From the NCBI GenBank assembly GCA_012295275.1, contig CM022669.1:7812001-7876000 (forward strand): a DNA stretch of 64,000 nt. The letters run 5' to 3'. Shown one piece after another: positions 27,534 to 49,052 of the stretch; the stretch's first letter is position 1; each line of letters starts with the position of its first letter. Position numbers and translations under genes: made by a program. Below the pieces are notes generated by a model. It made no database searches. It was given only the letters and a program-made list of their open reading frames with translations, and was not told where the DNA came from. This stretch comes from Chrysomallon squamiferum (taxonomy: Eukaryota; Animalia; Mollusca).

Positions 27534-28920
27534 ATGGATTGCAATGTTTCCCACGGTTTTCTGTTCAACGAGTTCGGAACTGAGACATTCTATGACAGTG
27601 TGCCTGAACCTTACATGATGAGAGACACACCTTTCCAGTACAGTGAAGAACCAGGTGAATTCAGTTGTGCAATTAAACCGAATTCTGGTGTGCAGTTTTC
27701 CTACAAGGATCAAACACACGGTGGACAACATAACAAAAGTTGCAGAGAGGATCAAGTTATTTCAGCTGTGGTTCATGATGACAAGAGCAGCAGCAGCAGC
27801 AGCAGCAACTCTGATGAAGACATAATAAATTTTCTGAAATCTCTTGTCTATAATTCCAGTGAACATGTAAAAAATGCTGCAATGCAGATGGATGGTGACA
27901 TTATGGAAGAAGCAGCTGACAGAAGTAGCAATGATTCTACTCTTTACATGGATGCAACTTCCAAGCAAGAATCCTATGAGCTCTACCTACAGTCTGCAGA
28001 CAAAAAGACTGACATTTGTAGCTACAATTATACATCATCAGCTAGTGAATATGCTTCAAGTCAGTCAGAGGATGGCATCAGATACCTGCATAGCACTGAT
28101 GCTGAAACTCCATTTTCCAGCAGTGATTTCTCTTCAGTATCAAAGGTATTCGAGATCACCAAACTACGACTGTTACTACTACAATTACTCATTTTCTCCC
28201 AGAAACTGTCAACAACATACTGACCTCAATATTGGTAAACCAGTACCAGAAAACACTGTCAGGGCTATGGATTCATTTGTCACAAAGACAGATGTGAATC
28301 TCTGCGAACACACAGACGCTTTGTGGAATGGACAAAACAGGTTTATGTACAATGGCCACATGAAGGAAAGTTATGATATATACAATAGGGACATAATAGG
28401 ACCTGAAGGAGACTTTTATAAATTTCTGAAGCACAATTCACCAGCTGTACGTCAAAACAGCACCAGTCCATGGAACAAAAACAAAAATAAACACAATGGC
28501 AAGGCAAGTAAATTATACCTGCAATTCATAGCAAAAGCCATTTTGCAGTCGCCAGCCAAAAAACTCTTGGTTGGAGACATATACAATTACTTCATCGACA
28601 ACGTTGTTAACAAAGTAGCATCATGGAAGAACAGCATTCGCTATAACCTTACCGTCAATGAGTGCTTTGTGAAAAAGGACAAAATAAAAAAGTGTTATAA
28701 CATCAAAGGTCATTACTGGGCAATACACGATGCTTACATAGAAGCATTTTCACAAGGAGACTTCAGCTATAGCTGTCCAAAAAATAACGCCACATCAGCT
28801 CCATCTCGTCAGAACGATTTCTCTTTCAGTGCAGCGCCGTCTGTCCTAGAGAACGTCCAGTTGATGCACGCAGCAACTGACTTCGCAGAACCAGCGTTTC
28901 ATGAAAGTTTTAGCTGTTAA
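27534..28920 (+). CDS. Divergent FoxQ2-like forkhead gene (copy 2), split between two overlapping frames with the switch near 28045-28140; possible pseudogene, short intron or assembly indel
   Basis: The 5' ORF (ATG 27534, stop 28223) has SDEDIINFLKSLV, homologous to TDDDILQFLKSLI of copy 1. The 3' ORF in the +1 frame (ends 28920) carries the forkhead domain LYLQFIAKAILQSPAKKLLVGDIYNYF...SWKNSIRYNLTVNECFVK...KGHYWAIHDAYIEAFSQGDF. Confidence 0.85.
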
Positions 28921-29924
28921 ATTTGTGACTTATATTTGAAAAATATGCTTAATAAATGCATAACATCTGATCTATATGTTGTTGTTTTTTATTGGTTTTG
29001 TTGTTGTTGTTGTTGTTTTCGTCACAAAAGAAAACTACTAAAACACAAAACGTATTACCTACATGTTATAAGATTTATTAACAGGAAAGTGTTAAACTTG
29101 TATCCTTTACCTATTTGTTGAAAATCTACTAATACAGATAGTCGTATTTTATTTATTTTATTTAATATATCTGATGGAAACATGGCGTGCAGAAGAGGAG
29201 CGAAGGGGCGGTGGCCCTGGGCATTCAAATGTGGGGTATCCAATCAAAGAAAAGCACTTAATAAATTTGGTTGATTTATATTTAAATCGAATAAAGTGTT
29301 TATTTCGTGTTTCATCTGTGTTTACGTATTCAAAAGATCTTCCTTTCTCATAATATGTCTCAGTACTAGGCCTTATACTTGAGTCTATGGGGCATACAAT
29401 CAAGGAGTTGGCCCCGGTCATCACCAGACCTCTGCACGCGACTGAATGGGAATCACAGTAGAGTTTGGGAAGTTTTCTACGTAAATCTGTGATTAAATAG
29501 GGCCTGTAACATTTCTGCCCAACGTTTCCAAACTTTACTGCTTAAAAATCATTCTGCTTCAGCTAGTATGTTTTTGTTTCAAAGCTGAAATTAACTGAAA
29601 GAAAGAAAACAAAAAGGTTTTCTTTTCAAGACATTTATTTTATTACGTTGTATTTGACTAATTTTAAACTTTGCAATCGCATGATTAGCAGAAGACCGGT
29701 AACTATATATGCTTTGCTATGAGTACAATAATTATTGTTTCTATATGAGTATTTTTTTACAAAAATAAATATGTTATTAATTTTTCATAGTAATGAATTT
29801 ATATCGCATAAAAATGGTACTAATAAGAAAATGCCTTTGGAACAATCATGATTGTAGGGTTATCTCCCATTAGAAAATATAAATAGAGGGCGTTCTGTTA
29901 TTAAGCATGGAGGACTGTCGCTTC

Positions 29925-30200
29925 CTTATTCAAGAAAAAGGAAGTTAATTATCCCGTACGTGCGATTAAAAAAGGTAATAGTAGCTGAAAAAATAAGTTC
30001 AGAACAAATTCTTAATAAGGAATATATATGATATTCAAGTAAAACAATAGTTATTTTTGGCGTATTCTTATTAATAGCGGCTACGCCTCTTTGCCGACTG
30101 CTTTTTCGTTTTCGGTTTTATGTGGAAGTGCCCCTAAGAAAACGATGGGCTATGTATTAAAAATCAAAATGCAACAAGTGCTCGTGTCAGTTTATGTCTG
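29925..30200 (+). promoter_or_regulatory. CpG-enriched patch, probable Csk promoter or first non-coding exon
   Basis: Local CpG excess against a CpG-depleted background, GGAAGT (ETS-like) sites, and position upstream of the Csk coding exons. Boundaries are uncertain. Confidence 0.35.
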
Positions 30201-33200
30201 ATACACTTTTGTTAATATTACGTCTGCTGTATGTAAAATATAATTAGTACGTAATTTACACACAAGTCGTGTTTCTAAGAAAAGAGTAATATTAAGCAAT
30301 AAACAAAGAACTTGAAAATATTCTGTGCGGATTTTACTTCCTACTTATCTGTTGCAGGCCAAAGTTGATCAGTAAAGGATTGTCAGTTTTTCTATTTCTG
30401 AAATGATATATTTTCAACATGATCAATTCTGATTGGGAATTGCTGAGTTACATATGACAATAGTGTAGATGATAATATTAAGTTAACTATTGTATTAAGA
30501 ATTAAAGTTTTGATGGAGATTTTCTTTTGGGGAGGGTTTGTAATTTTTTTTCTTTTCTGTGTTACTGACAGCATAAAATGATTGAAGCTCCTTATTTTAA
30601 TCTACAAATTCTGTTCTGATTAATTGAGGGCAAACATTTTCAGTTAGATCAAGAAAATAAATTTAAAAAATCTAAGAATTACGTGAGTGAAGTATATAAT
30701 ACTGTAACTTTAATTAGTATCACTATCAGTTGCCATGTCATACCTGTAGCTAGATCTGTAACTGGATCCACTTGTTCTACTGTTGCACCTATACAAAAAT
30801 TATTATTAATTTTCCTCTACTTCATAGGGAAATATTTAAATGAGGAAAACTGTTTGGCACTCCATGACAATATGTGGTGTAAAATACAGAGTTTATTTGC
30901 AGATGATATTTCTCTACATAAATATACAACAATATATTTGTTTCATCGTTCTGTCACGTAAATATATAAAAATAGTTTTATCCACATTATTTTAATTTAA
31001 TTTCCTTTCTAATGCTATAAATATTATGTCACTTTTCAAGTTAATTAAAGGCATTTTAATTTTTTTTTTTTTACACTGCTAAACATCCTGTGCTGTGTTT
31101 AATTTCATATAAATTTTTGGACACTGATCATATTTAGCCTTGAATCCTGCCACTAATGTAACAGGAATTCATATGAAATTTCAGCTTCACCAAATTTATA
31201 CAGATATTACTAGATTTGTAATCTTAGTAAGTATAGATAAAAATGACACAACTTCCATTTTGTTGTTCAAAGGTGTTTTAAAATAATTGATAATTATTAT
31301 TTTCCTTTTAATTAAAATGGTTAGAATTGAGTTGTTTTTATTTTCACATTGAGATTGGTAACTTATGCTTGTTTGCATTTGATTTTGTGGAGAAAATAAT
31401 AAAAACTGTTCATATTTTAATCCTTTATGTAAAACAAGTAACTGTTTAAAAGCATGTCACATTACTTGTCAAAACAATAGTAATCTGCAAAATGTAGAAT
31501 CTGACATTGTTTATTAAATAAAAAAAAAAAAAAAAATTTGTTTTTGTGCTGTAGCAGCTGCCCATAAAGATTTTATTCTGATTCCTGATACTAATAATGC
31601 TGTACCTTTCCATATTTATACTAAATAATTTGGTACTGTTTAACTTAATGATACATGAAAGGAATGGTGGGTGGAAAAAAAATGGATGTTATTTACACCA
31701 ATTGATTTTCTGTGAATAATTAATAATACATGCATGATTTTTTTATTTCTGTTCTTGATAAGTATGAACGTTTCTTGTGCTGAATTTACATATGTTGTTC
31801 TTATTGTAATTTTTTTTTATTTATTAGAAAAATAACTTGATTATTTACCAGAGTATTTGATAATTCACTGACAAAAACAAGATAATGATTATGATTTTAA
31901 GATTATCTAAGCAGAATAGACTTTGAAACTGAAGATCAAACTTTCACTTAATAAAAGCATAGATTGAAGGTAATAAATATGAATGTCAAAATGCATGTGT
32001 ATGTATAATAAATTTGTCTGTATTTGACTGTTTGTGACACTGATAAAGTTATTTGTGAGTATGTATTCATGTATGTATGTATGAGTTGTGTTTGTGTATG
32101 TATGACACTTGATGTTGTGAGTTTGTATACATGCGTTTGTCTTATTTGTCTTTGTTAATGTTTGTTAGCATATGCATAAATGTAATCTGACTGTTAATGT
32201 TATGATTATCTACACATGTATGGCTTGTTGAATTAACTTATTTGTGTCCTATTTATGTACATTTATGTAAATCTGTGTTAATTGTATTTATATATATATA
32301 TATATACACACACATGTGCTAGTGACTTCTGTATTTATATATTGGTATGTAAGTTTGTGTTTTTATAACAGTTATTTGTTTATATATTTATAAAGATATA
32401 TTTTAATTTTAAAATTAAGCATGAAAATCTTTGTCGGAAGTCTATAAATAAAACTAACACGTTTAACTAATGACATCATATCTGTCCTTCTAGTTGATGT
32501 CTTTGTAATTAATCTGACATGTTGTGTCATCAGCTTCGTCATTGCAGGTGTCTGCTTACCTGTGTATTTCATTATCTCATTAATTGAATTTATTTATTTC
32601 ACTTTACAGCACAAGCATTATTTTCTTACCTAATTTATAAAATTTCATTTTATTTCATCTTTGGACTTCTAATAAGGGAATTGTTTACCAGAGATAAGGG
32701 CTGATAATTCAAACACTGATACAAGACAGTTTATCATTCAGGAAGTGAGATAATTTACAAGGTGTGTCAGATTATTTAAAAACAATATTCTATTGTCTAG
32801 TCACCACCAGTGACAGCAAACTGTACACATTGTCATGATTTAGAAATAGTTGTTACTTCAAGTATTTCCATCTTCTGTGACATGTTTAATAACTCAGCTG
32901 TTTGAAATGTGTATATATCAGCAGGAAAATGAACACCACACATGGATGGGATAGTTAATGCTTATGATAGTGCTAGTGTCTAGTGGATTAGTTAAAGCTG
33001 TAAAGCTGCAAGTAATATGATCTTTAAGATTTGTGGTTAAGAAACCCAAATCGATTTAACATACAGGAACACATATATTGAACACAAAAATATCAGTGTG
33101 ATATGAAATAGTAGTGTGTGTGTGTGTGTTGTGTGTGTGTGTGTGTGGATATATAGTCTACATATTTGTATATAGCCTTTGTAACACACTTGCATTTACC

Positions 33201-33844
33201 ATGTTCATTTTGTTTGGACACCTCTGAGAATGACAACTTGTTTACAATTCCAGAAATGAATTGGAAAGGAATTTCTCTGTTATTAAAGTTAGCAAATACA
33301 TTTTTCGGACCAAAACTGTTCACGTGCAGTATGTTTTGGAATACCAGAATTCTGAAAACTTCATCAGTAATAAGCACTGCTACTGCCAATAATAATTACA
33401 AAAACTTGTAATACCAACATTTGAAAACTGGATGTAGAATACATTTTAAAACATTTCAGAAAGTAATTAAAAGTTCAAATTTAAACTAGTGAATGGTACT
33501 TCAGAAATTTATAAGTCTATCTGAATAAGAACTGCATTTTTTTTTTTTATCTTAATTTTTTTCTCAAGTAAAATTTATTGTATTTTATAATGGGGAAAAT
33601 AAAAAAAAAGAAAGTTTATGTATGTCTTTGTGTGTGTGTTATAATGTGTGTAATGCACAAAAACATAAACTTTTATATAATTTTGTATTACTTCTTTTTC
33701 ATTTATTTCCAGATTGAATGAGACAACAGAACTGAGGAGGATTTTATGTGTTCTAAGTAGAAATTTTGGATTGCCATTCCAAGACTGTTTTTCTTGTGGA
33801 TTTTGTAAAATACTTCTACAGAGCTGGCTTTGTTTAGCAGCATA

Positions 33845-33880
33845 ATGCCAATGGACCCCAGACATGGATACCAAGCCCAG
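33845..33880 (+). CDS. Csk: Probable first coding exon of Csk (MPMDPRHGYQAQ); exon about 33713..33880
   Basis: TTTCCAG acceptor at 33712, ATG at 33845, CAG|GTTTGT donor, phase 0, in frame with exon 35711. Confidence 0.5.
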
Positions 33881-34596
33881 GTTTGTAACGGTTATTTCAT
33901 TTAACACTGGGAAATCTGAGAAAAGATATAACTGATTGGTAAACAGTTTGTCTGATGTCCAGTTAGCCTACTATTGACCATTACTATAGATCATTTGGTT
34001 AGTTCCAAATCCTGTCTAAAAATCAGTGGTTTGTGTCATCTAGGTTTTCATGAATTATTAAACACATAATTAGTTTTAATTGGAAAATACATGTGTATTT
34101 GATCTGAAGGTTAAATGCCAAAGCGAGATTTATCAATAATTATTAATTGTTGTAGTGTGCTTTAAACAAATTGAATGTTAACAGATTTTTTTTTTAATTA
34201 GAATGTTTTAAACAACACTCTTTCACTTTTGATAAGGTTATTAACATGATTAAGTGGAGAGTAAATTGAATTAAGGGTAGTCACTGTTATTTGCTATAGC
34301 ATTTAACATGAACTGGAATAACAACTGAACGAAATGACAGCAATGTCAAGTCTGGTTTAGAATGTTGTCTCTATGTCTGTTTCACCATTGCTGTAATAAT
34401 ATTAACGATATTCCTGGTTTTGAAATATTTTTGTCCAAATCTGAAATTATTTATACTGCGATAATCAAGAAGTCAGGTGTTTTCTAACTCAGGACCACAA
34501 TGGAAACAAGTGTTTTCACCTTCTTTTTTTTTTCTTCTATACTTTTATGTTAATGTATTTATTATTTTAACATTTTTTTATTTTATTTTATTTTTC

Positions 34597-34632
<36 letters not shown>

Positions 34633-35710
34633 GTTTACATATGGTACAAAATATAAAGAAAAACAAAATTAAATAAATAAAATTTGCTGTGAAGGAAATA
34701 TAACTTTACCTTGGAAACAGCTTAGTAACAAGATACGTTCTTCATCATACAAGGTAGGAAAACATCCAGGCTAACAAGCATGCAGCTACATGTGACTTTT
34801 TAATGAAGTTTCACTTGAAGTGTATCATGTCTTTTATGTTTTGCCATCATAGGATATTTCTTTCTTATTCATGTTAATAAAAGTTACAATTCAGAATATA
34901 CTGACATTAGCTCAATGCACCATTTTTTTATTTTAAAAAAGAAGATGAAGAAAATAATAAAAATAAGCTTGAAAAAATATCAGATATTTTTCATTTTCAT
35001 GCTGTAGTTAAATATAACATGCTCTTGTGCTAAGATGTTTTGGATAGAACATATTTGTGTTGTAGTTTCAATGAATATCTGAAAAAATCATGTAAAAATA
35101 AAAATTAAGCTGTCAGACAATACCAAATACCTGATTAAACATTTGAATCTGTTTTGTTTTTAATAAAAATCGATTTTTTTTTTTTTTTTTTTAACCAAAC
35201 TGCCAGTTTACTAATTAACAAAACATTAATAAATATGTGTTGAAATTTCTGCTGTGGATTTAAAAGGTTGTAGAAATATTTCTTTGTTAAACCAAGCCAC
35301 CAACTTCCCAATATTTGATACACTGGTGGCCTTGATGTGTGCTTTTCTGTATATGTATGTGTCTGTGTGTTATACTGTAATTACTTTTTGGGTCATTAAA
35401 AGTTTCTCTAAGAATTTTATTCTGTGATTATCTGGCATGATATTATAGTAAAGTAGAGTACAATTAATGGAATAGCGCAACCATTCTAACAGGCCATGCA
35501 CTATTTTATCTTAATCAGCCAGAATCTTTTATGTGTGCATCTTTTCATAGACAGCAGAACACTCTTCAGTTCATTGATGAACTGATCATAGGACACTGTC
35601 TGGAATGGGAAAAAAACCTTAGCAGAAGTGCCACTGAGCTGTCTCTCACATTAAAACATTATAGTATTAAATCAGATTGCTCTGATTGTTTGTCTATTTG
35701 TTCTTTACAG

Positions 35711-43041
<7,331 letters not shown>

Positions 43042-44424
43042 GAAACACTGGACACTGTGATCAAAGAGCAATTAGTGATGCCAAAATTGTCTTAAAAAGT
43101 AACTTTATCATGATACGTGTTGTTTTTATATGTAATTCTTTTCTTTTTAAAACTCTCTTGATGGAAGCAACACAAGAAGTGCCCCTTACGATGAAATTAA
43201 GGTAGATATTTTATGAATTCTGTGTCTATTATTATTATCGTTATTATTATCGCAATTATTGTTTTTATTATTATCCTTTTAGAATAGATGTGAACTTGCT
43301 GATAATTGTATAAAAATGTACATATTAGATTTTAGAAACATAAAAGAAGTGATGAATCTTTTATTACACTGTATCTTAAACCAGTTACAAGAATTATAAG
43401 TAATTAATGAAAAATTTAAAATATTATTTTAAGAATATTTTGTATGTTGATGTAGTAATAAAAAGGAAGAAGAAATTTCTTTCTCTGTATATTCAATAAA
43501 AGTGATTCATCAGTGCTTTCAAACTGTTTGCTGTGAACAAAATTAAATCACCATATTTTCTTGTCATCATTTTAATACAAAATAGTGGTTATTTTAATTT
43601 CAAAATAACTGCAACATGTTAACAGTATTGCTGGTTATGGGAGCTGTACTCTTATTTTCAATTTAGTCTAGAATCACAATTTGAAAAATTGACCTTTACA
43701 ATCATAGTTTTTATGTTTTTTTTTTTTTTTTTTTTTATTAATTGAATCTGAAAAATAATGCATATTTGTATTTGTTAGTTTTAACCAACAAATGTGATTA
43801 TTGCCTACAATGTCAGTATACCAGACTTACTCACATCCTTGTATTTTGAAATCTTTTGTACCCATTGCAGATACTTTTCATCTTCATGGTGATAATATTT
43901 TATTTTTTTACAAACATTTTTAAATACAGTTTATATCCTAATGTACTTTTTTTTATTTTATATACTAATTTTTATTTTTATTGACAAACAAAATCAGAAT
44001 GTCTTAAATTAGTTTAGTTCTGATAGGTTTGTCTAATAATTGTTATAGACAAAAATATTTTTGGTTTTATTTTTCCAGTTATTTTCTCACCGAACTGATT
44101 TTAAAATATTCATAAATGTATATTTCTCTGTTAAACTTTTTCTAAGTAGTTAATTAAATAATAAATATGCTCTATAAAAATGACACTTTTATTTTGTCTG
44201 AATAACTAGTGTTAAATATTTACTTTGTACAAAGTCCATTTATTTTATATGACTTTGTTTCATTTCTGAACATTCTATTTTTACCTTTTTACCTTTTTCT
44301 TAATGCTTTTATAGATTTTTCAAAACAAGAAATAAATACTTGCCTTTTAAATTCGAAGTATCATCTAACTTTGGTTTAGTATCAAACATTTTATTATTAT
44401 TCATAAACAGTATTTTGCAGGTAA

Positions 44425-44458
<34 letters not shown>

Positions 44459-47415
44459 TTGCTAATTAATGGAAATTATTTTTCAAGAAGACTTTTTTTC
44501 TTATATATATATATATATATATATATTATTAATTATTTTTTCTAATTGTGATATTGAAGATGTTAAAAGGAGTCAGGCTGACAAACCATCTTAAAAATCC
44601 CAGATCTCTCAGAAACTGTTCAAGTTATGACCAACAAGATTTAAAACTCCTCTGTAAATAAAATGTAATCATTCAGACTAACAAATTTCACTGTGCTGAA
44701 CACAGAGCTATTTATCACTTGTACATAATTTTATGTCTAACTAACTGTTGTCATTATATTAGCAACAAATATGTAAAGGTAAATGTCTTCTTTTTTTTAA
44801 TCTTTTTTTTTGTTTTGTTTTTTAGTAAACAGATTTTCAGTTGCTGTTTCGTTGTGTCTGTATGCACAAAAAATCAAAATATTAAACTATGCAGAAATGT
44901 GGAAATTATTGCTGACATAAACTGAAAAAAATAGTTAATGTGCCTTTATTTTTCTCTCTTTATAATAATTTTAAACTTTTTTTTTTTTTTTTATCATTTA
45001 TTATTTTTTATTTATTATTATTTTTTTTTTACAACAATGAAAATTTGTTTAAGCTTTGGTCTGAATTTTGAATGAACTTTTTAAACAGTGTCTTTGTTGA
45101 ATATTTCTGTGTTGCAGTCATGTGGAAGTTTTCTTGTATCTAGTGCTAAATGGATTCTTGGGTTTTTAATATTCATACCACATGGCTATTTTTGATTTAA
45201 TTTTCTTTTAATTTTTTTTTTTTTTTTTTTAAAACACAATTTCTCACCATCATTTTTTTTCATCCTTCAGTAAAAGAATACACTATTTGACAAGTTAGGT
45301 CTTTATGCCTAACACTTTCACATTTTATCTTAATAAAAATGCTACATATCCATTAATGCTGTAGGTAGTAAACAGAAGAAAAGAGCCTTGTTTAAAGAAA
45401 CACTAGAAAAATTTAATGCTGAATATATTGTTGTTTTTCAGACAGTCTTTGACTAAATATTTTGTTATTGAGACCTTCATTTCAAGAAGGTAAACAAGAC
45501 ATGTTGCCAGGCAACAACTCGCCTGGTAAAAAAAAAGTATTTTAAGATAAAAGGAAAATGGCCAAAATTTCTGTAAGACTATAATAATTTATTAATTTTA
45601 TTTTACCGAGAATTTAATTTTACTTCTGTTATTTTTTTTAATCTGTTCAGATAAAGTACTTAATGTGGGCAAAGTATTTCATTGGAAAAAAATGTCTTCT
45701 TATTTCTTCCTCTTTTTTTAAATTTATTTATTGTTTTTATTATTATTATTATTTTTTTTTTTTTTTTAAAGGGATAATGTGTTCAAAATTAAGGTTTTGA
45801 ATTCTGTTAAATTCTAATTTTTTTTTTTTTCAGATATAATACTCATGTTAGAAGTGATGTCTAGATTGTTTTTTTTTTTTTGTTGCTGCAATCAAGAATA
45901 AATAAAATTAGCCATGAAATCAAAGAAAAAAACAAATAAGTAACAACAATAAAAATACAAAATAGAGACATAAAAATAATTTATTTTAAAAAAATTGTCC
46001 AAAAATTTGATTTGATGTGTAAACATTGTTTTTAACAGACAGATCTTTGACCTGCAAACTGGAGTGTTATGTCACACAGACCAAAGAGAATGGGAATGTT
46101 TGTTGTGTGAATTATATTCATTGCTATGTAGCTTGTAATACCTACTGATTCTTTGAAGAAAAAAAAACACACAGAAACAAACAAGACCGGCTAAATAAAA
46201 ATCAGTCATATGAAAGAATTTAGACTGGTTCAGTATAAATTATTTAGGAGGCAATCATTAATATGATTTGCACTGAGTGATTAATTTGTAGTTACAAGTC
46301 GGTACAGTAAGTTGGATTGTATGATCTGTGCTTTATTTGGCAATATTAAGGAATGACACTAGGTTTTTTGCAGTGTCAGAATAATTTTTTGCTATCAATG
46401 TTTTTTGGTTTTTTAAGTGAAGTTAGTGCTCAGGGATGTTGCCTTTTTAAAATGATATTTTTTTTTCAGTCTTCATTTCTTCTTTAAAAACAAAACAAAT
46501 TAGTTTTAAGAATAATGTAGCTTTGTATAGAGCTTACATTTTCATTTCAGTTATTCACTAGTTGTTCTTTTTTTCGTTTTATATTATTTATTTATTTATT
46601 TATTTATTTATTGCTCTGTCTACTATAATTACTGCTTTCATTATTTATGCTTTTTAAATTACAGACCAAAATAAGAAATTTTATTTTGTACAATGAAAGT
46701 AGTTTTTGAATTGGGTGCCTTTCAGCATCAAGAATTAATTTTTGATTTCTTTTCTTTTTTGAGGAAAATTCTTTTAAAAATGCTCAGTATATGACATCGC
46801 TCAGTGACATATTTATTTTTTAATATTTAAAAAAACAAAAAACAGATGTTGATATTGTGATATTTATGTTGCCATAAAAAAATAAATATTAATAATTTAT
46901 ATAGTTTTATAAGATGCTTCATAAATATGCCTGCAAGAATGATTTTGTACATAACCCTTGGATAAGTGAATGTGCATGTCTTTATTTTTTTTATTTTTTT
47001 CATAAACTTTTTTTAAATGGCATATTTTAAGTGAAAATGTAAACAAATTATAATTATACTTTAGTGGACTATTGTAGAAAACAGAATCCCTTTATTCTTC
47101 TTTGAATGAAAGCAGTAAAATAAAACTCTCTTCGTGTTATTATCTGTTTATTTTATCTGTAAGCAAAAATAATGTTAACTGATAATCAAATTAAAAAATA
47201 CACTAATAATTTTTGTTGTATTTTTGTTATGATTTGCTTACCAAGTAATAGTAATCCAGTTTTATTAATACAGATTTATATGAAACTAAATAATTATTCA
47301 TTTTCATGGCATAAAGAAAACATTTTATCGTGGTTTCTGACTTGATAAATAAATATGTTATGTTCATTTTGGAAAAGTCTCTTCTTCATTTTATAATTTT
47401 AATTTTCTTTTTCTC

Positions 47416-47496
<81 letters not shown>

Positions 47497-48755
47497 TTTA
47501 TTTATTCTCCTAAAACAACTTTTGTTAATTTTAAATCATGTTTCATTTTATTCATGTTAATCATGTAATTTCAAATTTTTGTTGTTGAACACTTAAATGC
47601 TGTTTTCTTTCCTGTTTTTTTGTTTCTGATAACTTGCTTATTACTGCAAGAATAATGTAGATATATGAAGCCTGTCTTTAGGATTGTATTAGATTTTGTA
47701 ATGTTGTTTTCTAATAATTTTGTAATGTTCAGCATCTGTGCTGTGAATACTCTGAGCTGTTAATTACATTACAAAAATTTAATTAATGATAATAGCATGG
47801 ATCTTATTTTATAAATAAAAATGAATTTTTAATTTTTTTGGCTTTTATTTTATTTATTAAACATAAAGTAAAAAAAGATTATTAAAAAGTCAATAGAAAA
47901 TTTATAGATTTTTTTACATGCCATATTTATGATAAAGCTTTTTTTTTTATAAACAACAAACATATAAGATTAAATAATAAATTATTCAAAGGCAAGCCAA
48001 CATAATTACTAATTAATTTCAATTTGTAATATGTATTTATTTCTCCTTTCTCCTCTTGATGCTATATTTACAAAATCACTGTAGAATTTAAACGTTTTAA
48101 AAATCTTACTTAAATCATGATCCATCTATCTATGCATGCTGTAGTTTGTTTTTCTTAGTCATTGATGCTAGCTTATTAGATCATGTTTTTGTCATGTATT
48201 ATTTCTTAACAACAATCAACTGTTAATCTATACCCTGAGATCATAATAAACATTTATACATAATCTGGTGTTTGTACGTGCTTTCTTTTAAAATAATTGT
48301 CTTAATATGCATACCTCATGAAGTAAAACTCTTTATCTAGTAACAGACTGCAAATAATTCCATACTACAACTATACATGGAATATACACTGATATACACA
48401 ATAACTCAAAATTTAGCCAATTTAATTTATTAAACAGTATAAAAATGCAAATGAATACAAGGTAACATTTTATAGATAGTGAAAGAAAATAATAACAGTA
48501 ACATAACTAACACACAACAACCTGTATCTCATTTGGTTAAGTGAATTTTTTTTATTTTTATGGAAACAGATCATGTAATCCAGTTCATTAAACATGCAAG
48601 ATAATATATCACTATAACGTTCAACTGCCAGAAATAGTCTGCTAAAAATGCAAGGAAGTTTTTAGTTTCAAAACTGGCACACTTAGAATAAAATGCACAT
48701 TTTACTTAAGATGTAAAATGGCAATCAACTGAATCATTTTGCCTGTGCACTAAGA

Positions 48756-49052
48756 CAGTGGTTCCCATCCATGGACCCCAGTGGATTCACAGAGACTACT
48801 GTTAGCCAAACTTAAAATGTCAAGAAGCTGCAGTGTCAAATGTAATTATATTAACTTATGATAATGCTGACAAAGATAAATTTTTAAAATTTACCTGTCT
48901 TTAATTGCGAACCGAGTTAGAAACATCTTTCAGTTTAATATGACACTGGGAAAATGAGTTTGATAATAAAATCAGCATGCTGAGAACTTGTGCCGTCAAA
49001 AGTGGGGCTTTTGGGAAAACATGTTTCGATAAAGAGATGTTTGGAACCACTG
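48756..49052. mobile_element. Non-autonomous hAT (Charlie-type) MITE, about 297 bp
   Basis: Terminal inverted repeats CAGTGGTTCC (48756) and GGAACCACTG (ending 49052). Flanking 8-mers CACTAAGA and CTCTAAAA match 6/8 and resemble the NTCTAGAN target of Charlie elements. Confidence 0.7.

Noticed and set aside
28146-28202. GT-AG intron candidate (AAG|GTATTC...TTTTCTCCCAG) in Fox copy 2
   Set aside because: 57 nt is a multiple of 3, so it would not join the two frames.
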